Of a stretch of 64,000 nucleotides of DNA, positions 53,979-62,811 are shown in pieces (positions within the stretch are counted from its first letter, which is position 1; each line of letters starts with the position of its first letter). The notes under the pieces are model-generated. The model saw only the letters and a list, made by a program, of their open reading frames with translations, searched no databases and was not told the origin of the DNA. Source of the DNA: Gaiellaceae bacterium. GTDB lineage: Bacteria > Actinomycetota > Thermoleophilia > Gaiellales > Gaiellaceae. The position numbers were made by a program, and so were the translations under genes. The stretch is from NCBI GenBank assembly GCA_036257855.1, contig DATAET010000124.1, forward strand, positions 4,087-68,086, read 5' to 3'.

Positions 53979-56463
53979 CGGAGGATTCGGGAACCGTCGG
54001 CTCGACGAGGGCGAGGGGCACGACTTCGGTCGACGTCTCGTCCTGCGGAGCGCCGTCGGTCGTTGCTGCGGCCGGCTCCGCCTGCGGGGCTCCCTTGCGC
54101 TTGCGCCGACGGCGTCTCGACTTTCGCGCTGTCAGCTTCGGCGCGGGGAGGTTGTCGGCCAGCGCGTTCGCGATCTCGCCGATCGTTCCGAGCTCCTCGC
54201 GTGCGTGATCGAGGGCGGCGTTGGCCCGCGGCGTGTAGCCGTCCGCCGACGCGAGCAGCGCCGCACCGACGGGGAGCGGCATCTCGCCGGCGACCTGGAC
54301 GAGGCGGTTGACATTCTCCTCGTGGCGGTAGCCGCGCGAGTTCGCGGCGGCCCCGAGGAGACGCTTCGCCTCCGGGAACTCGGTCGAAACCCGTCGATCC
54401 TGCACTTTGCGCGTTGCCCGCGCGAGGCGCCAGGTCCAGCGCGCGAGGATCTGGTCGGGCGCGAGGGGCTTGCCCTCGCCGATGGCCCGGAGGAGGACGC
54501 GCACGCCCGCGGACCGGTCCTTTTCCCACGGCGGCGCCTGCGTCACGAGCGTCACCAGATCGTCGAAGTCCGCGCGGTCGATCGGCGTCGCCACGCGGTC
54601 CATGAGCGCCGTCATCCTGAGGCGTCGATTCGGGTTCTCGGCTGCGCACGTGGCGAGGAGCTGCTCGAGCGCGCCCTTGTCCGCTCGTCCTTCCGCGAAC
54701 TTCTTCGCGAACTCGGCGCGCTGGTCGAACCGGATCTGGCGACCTGCGATCGTGGCCCAGAACCGCTGCTCGTCGTCGTCGAGGTACTTGGGGTCGATGC
54801 GCTGCCACTCGCGCTGGATGACGTTCAGGCGACGGGCGACGTCGGGTGTGACGGGGACGAGCCACGGGACCGGTGACAGTTTTCGCCGTGCACGGCGTTG
54901 CTGGCGGCGCCTCGGCGCCGGAGTCACACGGGCGCCCTCGCGGTAGAAGTCGGAGTCGAGGAGCGCGTGGAGCGAGACGACGCGCTCCGAGTGCGTCGCG
55001 CCCTTGGGGACGAAGTCCACGACGACACCGGCCTCCTTGCGCGGGTGCATGCGCATGATTCGTCCGATGCGCTGCTGGTACACCCTCCGCGACGCGGTCG
55101 GGGCGAGGTGCATGCAGACGGTCGCCCGCGGCGAGTTCCAGCCCTCCGCGAGGAGCATCGCGTTGATCAGGACGTTGATCTCCCCGCGCTCATAGGCGGC
55201 GAGCGTCTCCGCCAGTCGCGCCGGAGGTGTTCGACCCGAGACCGCCTCGGTCTTCAGCCCGGCCGCGCGGAACTCCTGGGCCAGGTTGTACGCGTGCTCG
55301 ACGCCCGCGGCGTAGACGATGCCGGGCGTCGAGCCGAAGCGCTCGCGATAGAGGCTCGCCGCCGCCTGGTTGAGCGCCTGGTGGTCGAGGGCGGCCGCGA
55401 GCGCTCGCTCCTCGAAGTCCCCGCCGACGATCGGTACGGAGTTGATCGCCGCGGCCGGAGGGACGCGCAGGCAGCGGAGGGGTGCGATCAACCCGCGCCG
55501 CGCCGCGTCGCCGAGCGGGAGGTCGTCGACCGAGGCCGGGAAGACGTCGGAGACCTGCTTCGCGATGAGCTGCTCCGTGGCGGTCATCCCGATGAACAGC
55601 GGCTCGGAGAACGAGCGGATCGCCGCGCTCGTCTTCTCTCCGAGGGCCGTGTGCGCCTCGTCGCAGATGACGAGGTGGTATGCCGTGCGGTCGAGCTCCG
55701 AGCCGTGCCGTGCGAACCAGGCGTACGTCTGGATCGTGATCGGGGTCTCCGTCTTCGCGCTCGTGCCTGCGAGGATCGGATCGGTGAAGCGTTGCCCGTA
55801 CCCCTCCGCGGTCAGGTCGCGCTTGAACTGGGAGACGAGGAGGCGGCGGTGCGTGAGGATGAGGATGCCGAGGTGGCGAGCTGCCTCGACGAACCCGGCC
55901 GCGGCGATCGTCTTCCCCGATGCGGTCGGATGCCGGAACCGGTAGCGCCTGACGGCCCCGGGGTCGGATCCCCTGAACCCGTCCTCGAGCGCGTCCTCGT
56001 CGACGTACCCCGCGTCGTCGTCGTCCTCCGCCTCTTCGTCGAGGTCGACCTCGGCGGTGGCCCCGTTGGCGTATCCGTTCCCGTTCCCGTTCTCCTCCAC
56101 GGACCGCTGCGTCGAGGCGATGAGCTCGGCGAGCATCCCGGCGAGCGCGTCGACTTGGTGGCGCCGGAGCTCGGTTCCCGCCGCCGTTCGCGGCGGGTCC
56201 TCGGTCAGCACGCGCTCGAGGCCGAGCATGAGCCCGTAGCGAACCTTCCAGCGCCCGGACGGCGTCGCGAGGCCCGCGTCGATCTCGGCGAGCGCGTCGT
56301 CCAGCGCGGCACGACGCGCGGTGCCCGGAGCGAGGGCCTGGAGCGGGTCCTCGTCGGGCTGGAGGAACGGCTCGCCGAACCAGGACTCGGCGCGGTGGGC
56401 CGCCGCGGTCAGGTTTTCGGATGTGTCCGACGTCAGCGTCGGGATGGTCGTCGCCTCGTGCAT
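53965..56463 (-). CDS. DEAD/DEAH-box (SF2, ResIII-type) helicase with long C-terminal extension
   Basis: Motif I is HPTASGKT and motif II is VICDEAH. The helicase C region includes NVLINAMLLAEGWNSP and QRIGRIMR. About 330 aa of extra C-terminal sequence end in a polybasic RKSRRRRRKRK tract. Confidence 0.75.
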   Translation of the reverse strand: MHEATTIPTLTSDTSENLTAAAHRAESWFGEPFLQPDEDPLQALAPGTARRAALDDALAEIDAGLATPSGRWKVRYGLMLGLERVLTEDPPRTAAGTELRRHQVDALAGMLAELIASTQRSVEENGNGNGYANGATAEVDLDEEAEDDDDAGYVDEDALEDGFRGSDPGAVRRYRFRHPTASGKTIAAAGFVEAARHLGILILTHRRLLVSQFKRDLTAEGYGQRFTDPILAGTSAKTETPITIQTYAWFARHGSELDRTAYHLVICDEAHTALGEKTSAAIRSFSEPLFIGMTATEQLIAKQVSDVFPASVDDLPLGDAARRGLIAPLRCLRVPPAAAINSVPIVGGDFEERALAAALDHQALNQAAASLYRERFGSTPGIVYAAGVEHAYNLAQEFRAAGLKTEAVSGRTPPARLAETLAAYERGEINVLINAMLLAEGWNSPRATVCMHLAPTASRRVYQQRIGRIMRMHPRKEAGVVVDFVPKGATHSERVVSLHALLDSDFYREGARVTPAPRRRQQRRARRKLSPVPWLVPVTPDVARRLNVIQREWQRIDPKYLDDDEQRFWATIAGRQIRFDQRAEFAKKFAEGRADKGALEQLLATCAAENPNRRLRMTALMDRVATPIDRADFDDLVTLVTQAPPWEKDRSAGVRVLLRAIGEGKPLAPDQILARWTWRLARATRKVQDRRVSTEFPEAKRLLGAAANSRGYRHEENVNRLVQVAGEMPLPVGAALLASADGYTPRANAALDHAREELGTIGEIANALADNLPAPKLTARKSRRRRRKRKGAPQAEPAAATTDGAPQDETSTEVVPLALVEPTVPESSEDAA

Positions 56464-56577
56464 TCACGCAGCACGTCGTTGCCGTGCCGCTCCTTCCGAG
56501 AGTTGACGCTCGCCTGAACGCCGGCGAGCGGTTCCCCCAGAGCATACCGCAGAGTCCGGGTGGAAACGGAACGTGTG

Positions 56578-58569
56578 TTACGAATGCGCGCCGTTCAGCT
56601 CGATCAGGCGGCAGCCGACGACCCGCTCGGACACGCCCGTCTGGTCGAGGTGCTTCGTGATCCCGCCGAGCCAGAACGGGAAGCCGGCGCCGAGGATGAG
56701 GCACGTGTCCACGTCCGCGGCCTCTGCGACGACCCCCTCCTCGAGGATGTGCCGGACCTCGTCCGCGAGGGCTTCGAGCACGGCGGTGTGCAGCTCGTCG
56801 ACGGTTCGCGGCGCGTGCTCGACGACGACGGGCTCGCCGCCCTCGGCGAGGCTCTCAAGCGTCGCCGACAGCGGGTAGCGATCGGGCCACGCATCGTGGA
56901 GCGTGTGGCGCACGTGATTCGCGACCTTCGGCCCGACCAACTGGAGGAGGACGGACGGGGCCATCGGAAGCCCGAGTCGGAGTACGGCCTCGTCGGTCTC
57001 TTCGACCGTGTTGCCGTGGTCGAGTGCGTCCGTCACGACGGCGCCCTGCCGACCCAGGAGGCGGTTCACGACGAACGCGGGCGCGTCTCGCACGAGTACG
57101 CCTGTCTTGCGGAGCCCGTTCGAGACCGCCCAGGCCGTCGCTAGCGCGACGTCGTCAGTGCGCGGCGTCCTGGCGAGTTCGACGAGCGGGAGCACCGCGA
57201 CGGGGTTGAAGAAATGCATGCCGACCACCCGCTCGGGATGGTCGAGACCTGCGCTCATCTCCGTGACGGACAAAGACGACGTGTTCGTCGCGAGCACGCA
57301 CTCGGGCGAGAGGACCCGCTCGAGCTCGGCGAAGACCTCCTTCTTGACGCCCAGCTCCTCGAATACCGCCTCCAGAACGAGGTCGCAGCCGGTGAAGATC
57401 TCCCAGCCCGTGCCGCCAACCACGAGTGAGCCAAGGAACCTCGCCTTGCCCTCCGCGAGCCGGCCGCGCCGCACGAGCTCCGCGAGCTCGTCCTGGATCC
57501 ACGCGATTCCCTCGTCGACCTGCTCCTGCGTGAGATCGCGCATGACGACTGGAACCTCGAGACGCCTGAGGAAGAGGAGTGCAAGCTGCCTTGCCATCAA
57601 GCCTGCGCCCACGACCCCGACACGGCGCACGCGGCGCGGCTCGGCCTCGGGCATGCCGACGCCTCGCTTCGCGCGACGCTCGACGAGATCGAAGGCGTAT
57701 ACCGACGCCTGCGCCTGTGGCCCGGGCAGGAGCTCCGCGAGCGCGTCCTCCTCCGCCTCGTAGCCCTCCTCGAGCGACCAGTCCGCAGCTCCTTCGATGA
57801 GGTCGAGGGCGCGGTACGGCGCGAGCGCCGCGCCGTGCACCTGGCCGTCGAGGCGCGCACGCGCCTTCCGGCAGACCTCCGCGACGTCCCCAAGGTCGGC
57901 ACGAGGCCGCCGCTTTCCCTCACCCTCCTCGACGCGGTCGAGCAGGAACACGAGCGACTCGTCAACGAACTCGACGGGGTCGAGCAGGGCGTCGGTGAAG
58001 CCCGCCTCGTGGGCCTGCGCGGCCGTGAGCATGCGATTCTGGCGGAGCGGGTTCTCGACGATGAACTTCACCGCCTGCTCCGCGCCGATGAGACTCGGCA
58101 CGAGCTGCGTGCCCCCCCAGCCCGGGATGAGACCGAGGAGCACCTCGGGGCACGCGAAGTGCCGTACCGACGAGGAGATCGTGCGGTAGTCGCAATGGAG
58201 CGCGATCTCCACGCCTCCGCCGAGCGCCGCGCCGTTGACGGCCGCGACGGTCACGAAGGGCAGGTCGCGGATGCGACCGAAGAGCTCGTGCCCGGCCCGA
58301 CCGCCGAGCCGCGCTCTGTCGGCCGTGATCTCGCCGAACTGGCCGATGTCGGCACCCACAGCGAAGACGAAAGGCTTTCCGGTGAGGAGCATCCCGCGCC
58401 AGTCGCTCGACCGGAGCCGGTCGAGCACGCCTTCGAGCGAACGGAGCGCCTCCTCGCCGAAGGTGTTCGGTTTCTTCCAGTCCTCGCCGTTGTCCATCGT
58501 CACGAGCGCGACCGGGCCGACCCGTGTGTCGATGCGCCGAAGCTTGAACTCGGTCGGGGGGCTAGCCAC
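56578..58569 (-). CDS. fadB: bifunctional enoyl-CoA hydratase / 3-hydroxyacyl-CoA dehydrogenase (FadB-type)
   Basis: The N-terminal crotonase fold (FVFAVGADI...) is followed by an NAD-binding domain (VGVVGAGLMARQLA) and the C-terminal 3HCDH domain. It has an 8-nt overlap with the thiolase stop. Confidence 0.85.
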   Translation of the reverse strand: MASPPTEFKLRRIDTRVGPVALVTMDNGEDWKKPNTFGEEALRSLEGVLDRLRSSDWRGMLLTGKPFVFAVGADIGQFGEITADRARLGGRAGHELFGRIRDLPFVTVAAVNGAALGGGVEIALHCDYRTISSSVRHFACPEVLLGLIPGWGGTQLVPSLIGAEQAVKFIVENPLRQNRMLTAAQAHEAGFTDALLDPVEFVDESLVFLLDRVEEGEGKRRPRADLGDVAEVCRKARARLDGQVHGAALAPYRALDLIEGAADWSLEEGYEAEEDALAELLPGPQAQASVYAFDLVERRAKRGVGMPEAEPRRVRRVGVVGAGLMARQLALLFLRRLEVPVVMRDLTQEQVDEGIAWIQDELAELVRRGRLAEGKARFLGSLVVGGTGWEIFTGCDLVLEAVFEELGVKKEVFAELERVLSPECVLATNTSSLSVTEMSAGLDHPERVVGMHFFNPVAVLPLVELARTPRTDDVALATAWAVSNGLRKTGVLVRDAPAFVVNRLLGRQGAVVTDALDHGNTVEETDEAVLRLGLPMAPSVLLQLVGPKVANHVRHTLHDAWPDRYPLSATLESLAEGGEPVVVEHAPRTVDELHTAVLEALADEVRHILEEGVVAEAADVDTCLILGAGFPFWLGGITKHLDQTGVSERVVGCRLIELNGAHS

Positions 58570-59752
58570 CGTTTCCGAGGTTCTCCCAGAGGACGGCGGC
58601 GCCCATGCCGAGCCCGATGCAGAGGGCGGTCAGCCCGTAGCGCGATCCCGGGCGGTCGCGGAAGCCTCGCGCGAGTTGGGCCATCAGCCGGACGCCGGTG
58701 GCCGCGAGCGGATGACCGCACGCGATGGCGCCGCCGTACGGGTTGAGCCGCGGGTCGTCGGGTGCGACGCCGATGCCGTCGCACCACGTCAGCACCTGGA
58801 CGGCGAAGGGCTCGTTCAGCTCGAAGAGATCGACGTCCTCGATCGTGAGGCCGGCGCGTTCAAGCACCTTCTGCGTCGCGGGAACAGGGCCCAGCCCCAT
58901 CAGCTCGGGCGCGACGCCCGCGTACGCGAACGCCGCGAGCCGCATCTTCGCCTCGAGCCCGAGCTCGGTCGCCGCGGCGGCGGAGGTGATGAGCGCTGCA
59001 GTCGCCCCGTCCGTCAGCCCGGCGGAGTTTCCCGCGGTGACGCGGCCCCCTTCGCGGAACGGCGTCCGCAGGTTCGCGAGCGCCTCCATGCTCGTGTCCG
59101 GGCGGAGGAATTCGTCGCGGTCGGCGACCGTCCAGCCCTCGTTCGTGAAGACGGACATGGGGACGACGATGTCGTCCATGACCCCGGCCTCCCACGCCTT
59201 CCCTGCGCGGCGCTGGGACTCGACCGCGTACGCGTCTGCCGCCTCCTTGGTCAGCTGCGGGAAGGCGTCGTGGAGGTTCTCCGCCGTCTGGCCCATCACG
59301 GCGGCGGACTCGTCCACGATCCGCTCGGCGACGAACCGCGGATTGAAGTCGACGTCCTCACCCATGGGGTGGTGGCCCATGTGCTCGACGCCGCCGACGA
59401 GGACGACGTCGGCGGCGCCCATCGCGATCTCGCCGGCGCCCGCGGTCGTGGCCGTCAGTGCGCCCGCGCACATGCGGTCGACGGCGAACCCGGGCACGCT
59501 CGTCGGGAGACCGGCGAGCAGGGCGACGTCCCGTCCGAGCGTCAAGCCCTGGTCGCCGACCTGTGCGGTCGCGGCGAACGCGACGTCGTCGATCCGCTCC
59601 GGAGGGAGCTGCGGATTCCGCCGAAGGAGCTCCCGCACGGCCTTGACGGCCATGTCGTCGGCGCGCGTCCTGGCGAAGAAGCCGTCGGGCGTCGCGCGCC
59701 CGAACGCGGTCCGGACGCCGTCGACGTAGACCACCTCGCGGAGCTCCGGCAC
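58562..59752 (-). CDS. fadA: acetyl-CoA C-acyltransferase (thiolase)
   Basis: I take GTG 59752 as the start (VPELREVVYVDGVRTAFGR). The active-site region is VDRMCAGALTA, and the C-terminal motifs are GGAIACGHPLAATG and CIGLGMG. Confidence 0.85.
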   Translation of the reverse strand: MPELREVVYVDGVRTAFGRATPDGFFARTRADDMAVKAVRELLRRNPQLPPERIDDVAFAATAQVGDQGLTLGRDVALLAGLPTSVPGFAVDRMCAGALTATTAGAGEIAMGAADVVLVGGVEHMGHHPMGEDVDFNPRFVAERIVDESAAVMGQTAENLHDAFPQLTKEAADAYAVESQRRAGKAWEAGVMDDIVVPMSVFTNEGWTVADRDEFLRPDTSMEALANLRTPFREGGRVTAGNSAGLTDGATAALITSAAAATELGLEAKMRLAAFAYAGVAPELMGLGPVPATQKVLERAGLTIEDVDLFELNEPFAVQVLTWCDGIGVAPDDPRLNPYGGAIACGHPLAATGVRLMAQLARGFRDRPGSRYGLTALCIGLGMGAAVLWENLGNGG

Positions 59753-59776
59753 GGCCGAGACGATACTTCGCGAGCG

Positions 59777-60433
59777 ATGGTCGACTGGGAAGATCGCGCC
59801 GAGCGCGCCCGCGCACGGTTCGAGGACGGCGAGGCGAGGCTGCCGGACGACGGCCACGAGCGTCAGCGCCAGCTGACGCGGATGGGGAACGCCGCGTGGG
59901 CGGCGGGCCTGTCCCTGCGCATGCTCGGTCGCCACGAAGATGCCGACGAGTGGCTGCGACGCGCCGCCGAGACGTACCGGCGCAGCTGGCCCGGCGCGCC
60001 GCCCGGCAGCTGGGGGCGGCCCATCGGCGCGATGAAGTCACGGCTGATCGCGGGCGACCTCGACGGAGCCAGCGCCGATGCGGAGTGGGCGCTCGCGGTG
60101 GGCGCTGACGCGTCGGAGAGCCCGATCGGGCGCTATGCGGCTGCACTCGCCCATCTCGTGCGCGGCGAGGACGCCACGGCGGCCACCCTCGCCGGGTCGC
60201 TCGTCGGGGAGGAGGCGATCCCGCCATCGGTTGCGCGGGCGCTGCTCGCGCTGGCGACCGGCGATGCGGCGGCATACGAGGGCGCAGTACGCGAGCTCGT
60301 CGCGGATTTCGAGTCGCGCAGCGAGTTCCTCGAGGACGTTCCGGTTGCGGACACGGTGCTGGCGCTCCAGGCGCTCGCGACCGCCCGCGGGATCTCCGTG
60401 CGGCTCGACTCCTCGATGTTGCCGAGCCGTTGA
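59777..60433 (+). CDS. hypothetical helical protein (218 aa)
   Basis: ATG 59777 (MVDWEDRAERARARFEDGE...) lies at the end of the tracked 732-aa ORF, whose upstream part is antisense to the thiolase. The composition is helix-rich and TPR-like. I recognise no family. Confidence 0.5.
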   Translation: MVDWEDRAERARARFEDGEARLPDDGHERQRQLTRMGNAAWAAGLSLRMLGRHEDADEWLRRAAETYRRSWPGAPPGSWGRPIGAMKSRLIAGDLDGASADAEWALAVGADASESPIGRYAAALAHLVRGEDATAATLAGSLVGEEAIPPSVARALLALATGDAAAYEGAVRELVADFESRSEFLEDVPVADTVLALQALATARGISVRLDSSMLPSR

Positions 60434-60436
60434 GCG

Positions 60437-61258
60437 CTACGGCTCACCGGCGGCGAGCTCTCGTGCCCGCACCATCGCCGCCTGGATGGCGTTGAGGAAC
60501 GCGGCGCGGACGCCTGCCATCTCGAGTTCGCGAATGGCCGCAATCGTCGTCCCTCCGGGCGACGTGACCATCTCGCGGAGCTCGACCGGATGCATCTTCT
60601 CGTCGCGGAGCTGCTTCGCGGTGCCGAGCATCGTCTGGACGACGAGCCGGGTCGAGATCTCTCGCGAGAGCCCGAGCAGGATCCCCGCCTCGATCATCGC
60701 CTCGGCGAGCAACGCGAAGTACGCGGGCCCGGATCCGGAGACGGCAGTGATGGCGTCGAGGGCCTCCTCCGGTACGCGGACGACTCCGCCGAGATGGGAG
60801 AGCGCCTCCTCGGCGAGGTCGAGGTTCTCCTCGCTCGCGTGGGCGCCGGCGGAAAGCCCGGCGATCCCCTCGTGCACGGTGGACGGCGTGTTCGGCATCG
60901 CCCGGACCACCGGTACGCCCGGGGACAGCCTGCTCTCGATGCGCGACGTCGGGATGGCGGCGGCGATGGAGAGGACGGTCTGCTCCGGGAGCAGGAGCGT
61001 TCCGACCTCCCCGAGCAGGCTCTCGATGTCCTGCGGCTTCACGGCGATCACGACGAGTGCCGCGCCCGCGGCGGCATCGTGGTTCGAAAGGGTTGCCTCC
61101 ACGCCGTAGCGCTCGCGGAGCTCCGTTGCGCGTTCGGCGCGCCGTGTCGTCGCGGCGACCTCCGAGGCGTCGCGCCATCCCGAAGAGAGCAGGCCGGAGA
61201 TCAGCGACTCCCCGATGCGCCCCGCGCCGAGGATCGCGATCTTGCGCGGGTCGACCAT
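60437..61258 (-). CDS. proC: pyrroline-5-carboxylate reductase
   Basis: The sequence has IAILGAGRIGESL (Rossmann fold) and the C-terminal ProC signature (VTSPGGTTIAAIRELE). Confidence 0.9.
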   Translation of the reverse strand: MVDPRKIAILGAGRIGESLISGLLSSGWRDASEVAATTRRAERATELRERYGVEATLSNHDAAAGAALVVIAVKPQDIESLLGEVGTLLLPEQTVLSIAAAIPTSRIESRLSPGVPVVRAMPNTPSTVHEGIAGLSAGAHASEENLDLAEEALSHLGGVVRVPEEALDAITAVSGSGPAYFALLAEAMIEAGILLGLSREISTRLVVQTMLGTAKQLRDEKMHPVELREMVTSPGGTTIAAIRELEMAGVRAAFLNAIQAAMVRARELAAGEP

Positions 61259-61280
61259 TCGCGGAGTGTACGGCGGTCGA

Positions 61281-62105
61281 TCAGGCAGCGCGGCGCGCGC
61301 TCGAGCGGGCGAGGCGTGCCCGATCCATGCTCGCCCCGGGCACGAGCCCGCGCTTGAACCCCTGGAGCAGAAACACGCTGGCGAGCCCCTGCCACTCGCC
61401 GTAGGGCGCGAGCAGGTCGGCGGTCTCGCCCGGCTCGGGCCAGCGTCCTCTGACGGATGCGAGGAGCTTCACGAGGCCGAGGTCGTCCACGAGGCCGGTG
61501 TCGTAGCGGCCGAGACCCTGCAGCGCGACGACCCCGACCGACCACGGGCCGATCCCGCGCTCGCGGCCGAGTCGCCGGAGGGCGTCGCTCCTCGCTCGCA
61601 ACGCTTCGAGGTCGAGCGTACGCGCAACCCGCGTGAGGGTCGCCGCTCTCGAGGGTGCGAGCCCGCACGCGGTCAGTCGCGCAGGGGAAAGACTCGCGAG
61701 CCGTTCCCTGCCAGGTGGGTCTTCTCCGCAGGCGCGGATGATCGTGCGCTCGATCTCGAGAGCCCGGCTCGCCTGGACGAGCTGCCCGCACACCGCGCGG
61801 ACGACGGCGTGGGTCACGGTCGCTTTCCGCCGCGGGCGCATGCCCCGCAGGTGCCGCACCGATGGGCCGAGGAGCGGGTCCCGGCCGAACGCCCTGTGGA
61901 ACTCACCCGTGTCGTCGTCGAGGGCGAGCATGAATCGCGACTGCTCGACTGCCCGGTCACACGAGGCGCGGACGACGATCCGCCCGTCCTGGAGCTGCTG
62001 CGCCGAGGCCCAACGACCCCCGGGCAGGACGGAGTTCCAGGTGGCGCGTCCCGCGGTCAGCCGAAGGGAGTACGGACCGGCCGCCCGGAGCACCGCTTCG
62101 ACCAT
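61281..62105 (-). CDS. HhH-GPD DNA glycosylase (AlkA-like 3-methyladenine glycosylase II)
   Basis: The helix-hairpin-helix region is LRRLGRERGIGPWSVGVVALQGLGRYD, with a catalytic Asp region (LVDDLGL). Confidence 0.7.
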   Translation of the reverse strand: MVEAVLRAAGPYSLRLTAGRATWNSVLPGGRWASAQQLQDGRIVVRASCDRAVEQSRFMLALDDDTGEFHRAFGRDPLLGPSVRHLRGMRPRRKATVTHAVVRAVCGQLVQASRALEIERTIIRACGEDPPGRERLASLSPARLTACGLAPSRAATLTRVARTLDLEALRARSDALRRLGRERGIGPWSVGVVALQGLGRYDTGLVDDLGLVKLLASVRGRWPEPGETADLLAPYGEWQGLASVFLLQGFKRGLVPGASMDRARLARSSARRAA

Positions 62106-62147
62106 CGGAGCAGCCTACTGGCCCCCCCGGACCCGATACTTCCACGC

Positions 62148-62759
62148 GTGCGGCTCGTCGACGCGATCTCGCTCCGGTCCCGACGGCGGAAGCTGCAGCT
62201 GTTCCTCGACGAGTTCCGCCCGACCTCCGAGACCTCGGTCCTCGACGTCGGCGCGGACCAGCTGGGCTTCGGCGAAGGGGACGGCTGCGGGACACTCAAC
62301 TTCTTCGAGGAGCTCTACCCGTGGCCGGACCGGATCACCGCGCTCGGCCTCCACGAGGGGGAGGGCTTCCGTATCCGCTACCCGGGCATCCGGTACGTCC
62401 AGGGCGACGCGTGTGCGCTCCCGTTCGCGGACGGTGAGTTCGACATCGTCTTCTCGAACGCGGTGATCGAGCACGTCGGCGGCCGCGAGCGCCAGCGTCG
62501 GCTCGTGTCGGAGGCGATCCGGGTCGGCAGGCGCGTATTCATCACCACGCCGAACCGGCGCTTCCCCGTCGAGGTGCACACGCGGCTCCCGCTCGTCCAC
62601 TGGCTCCCGGACGCGATCGCGCATCGCGCGTACCGTGCGACAGGGAAGGAGCTCGCGACCGACATCCACCTCCTGTCCCGGCGGAGCTTCGAGTCGCTCT
62701 TCCCGGGGCGCGTCCGGATCGTCGGCCTCGGGCCCACGCTGGTGGCGATCGTCGATTAG
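62148..62759 (+). CDS. class I SAM-dependent methyltransferase
   Basis: I take GTG 62148 as the start. The sequence has VLDVGADQLGFGEG, a GDACALPFADGEFDIVFSNAVIEHV motif set and RVFITTPN. Confidence 0.7.
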   Translation: MRLVDAISLRSRRRKLQLFLDEFRPTSETSVLDVGADQLGFGEGDGCGTLNFFEELYPWPDRITALGLHEGEGFRIRYPGIRYVQGDACALPFADGEFDIVFSNAVIEHVGGRERQRRLVSEAIRVGRRVFITTPNRRFPVEVHTRLPLVHWLPDAIAHRAYRATGKELATDIHLLSRRSFESLFPGRVRIVGLGPTLVAIVD

Positions 62760-62811
62760 CGCCCGCCGCTTCATCGGGGCGGTCTTCGCCCTCCTGGTCC
62801 TCGGCCTCACG

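Noticed and set aside
58235-59776. N-terminal 514 aa of the tracked 732-aa plus-strand ORF.
   Set aside because: It is antisense to the thiolase and the fadB start and has an artefactual composition. Only the part from ATG 59777 looks like a real protein.
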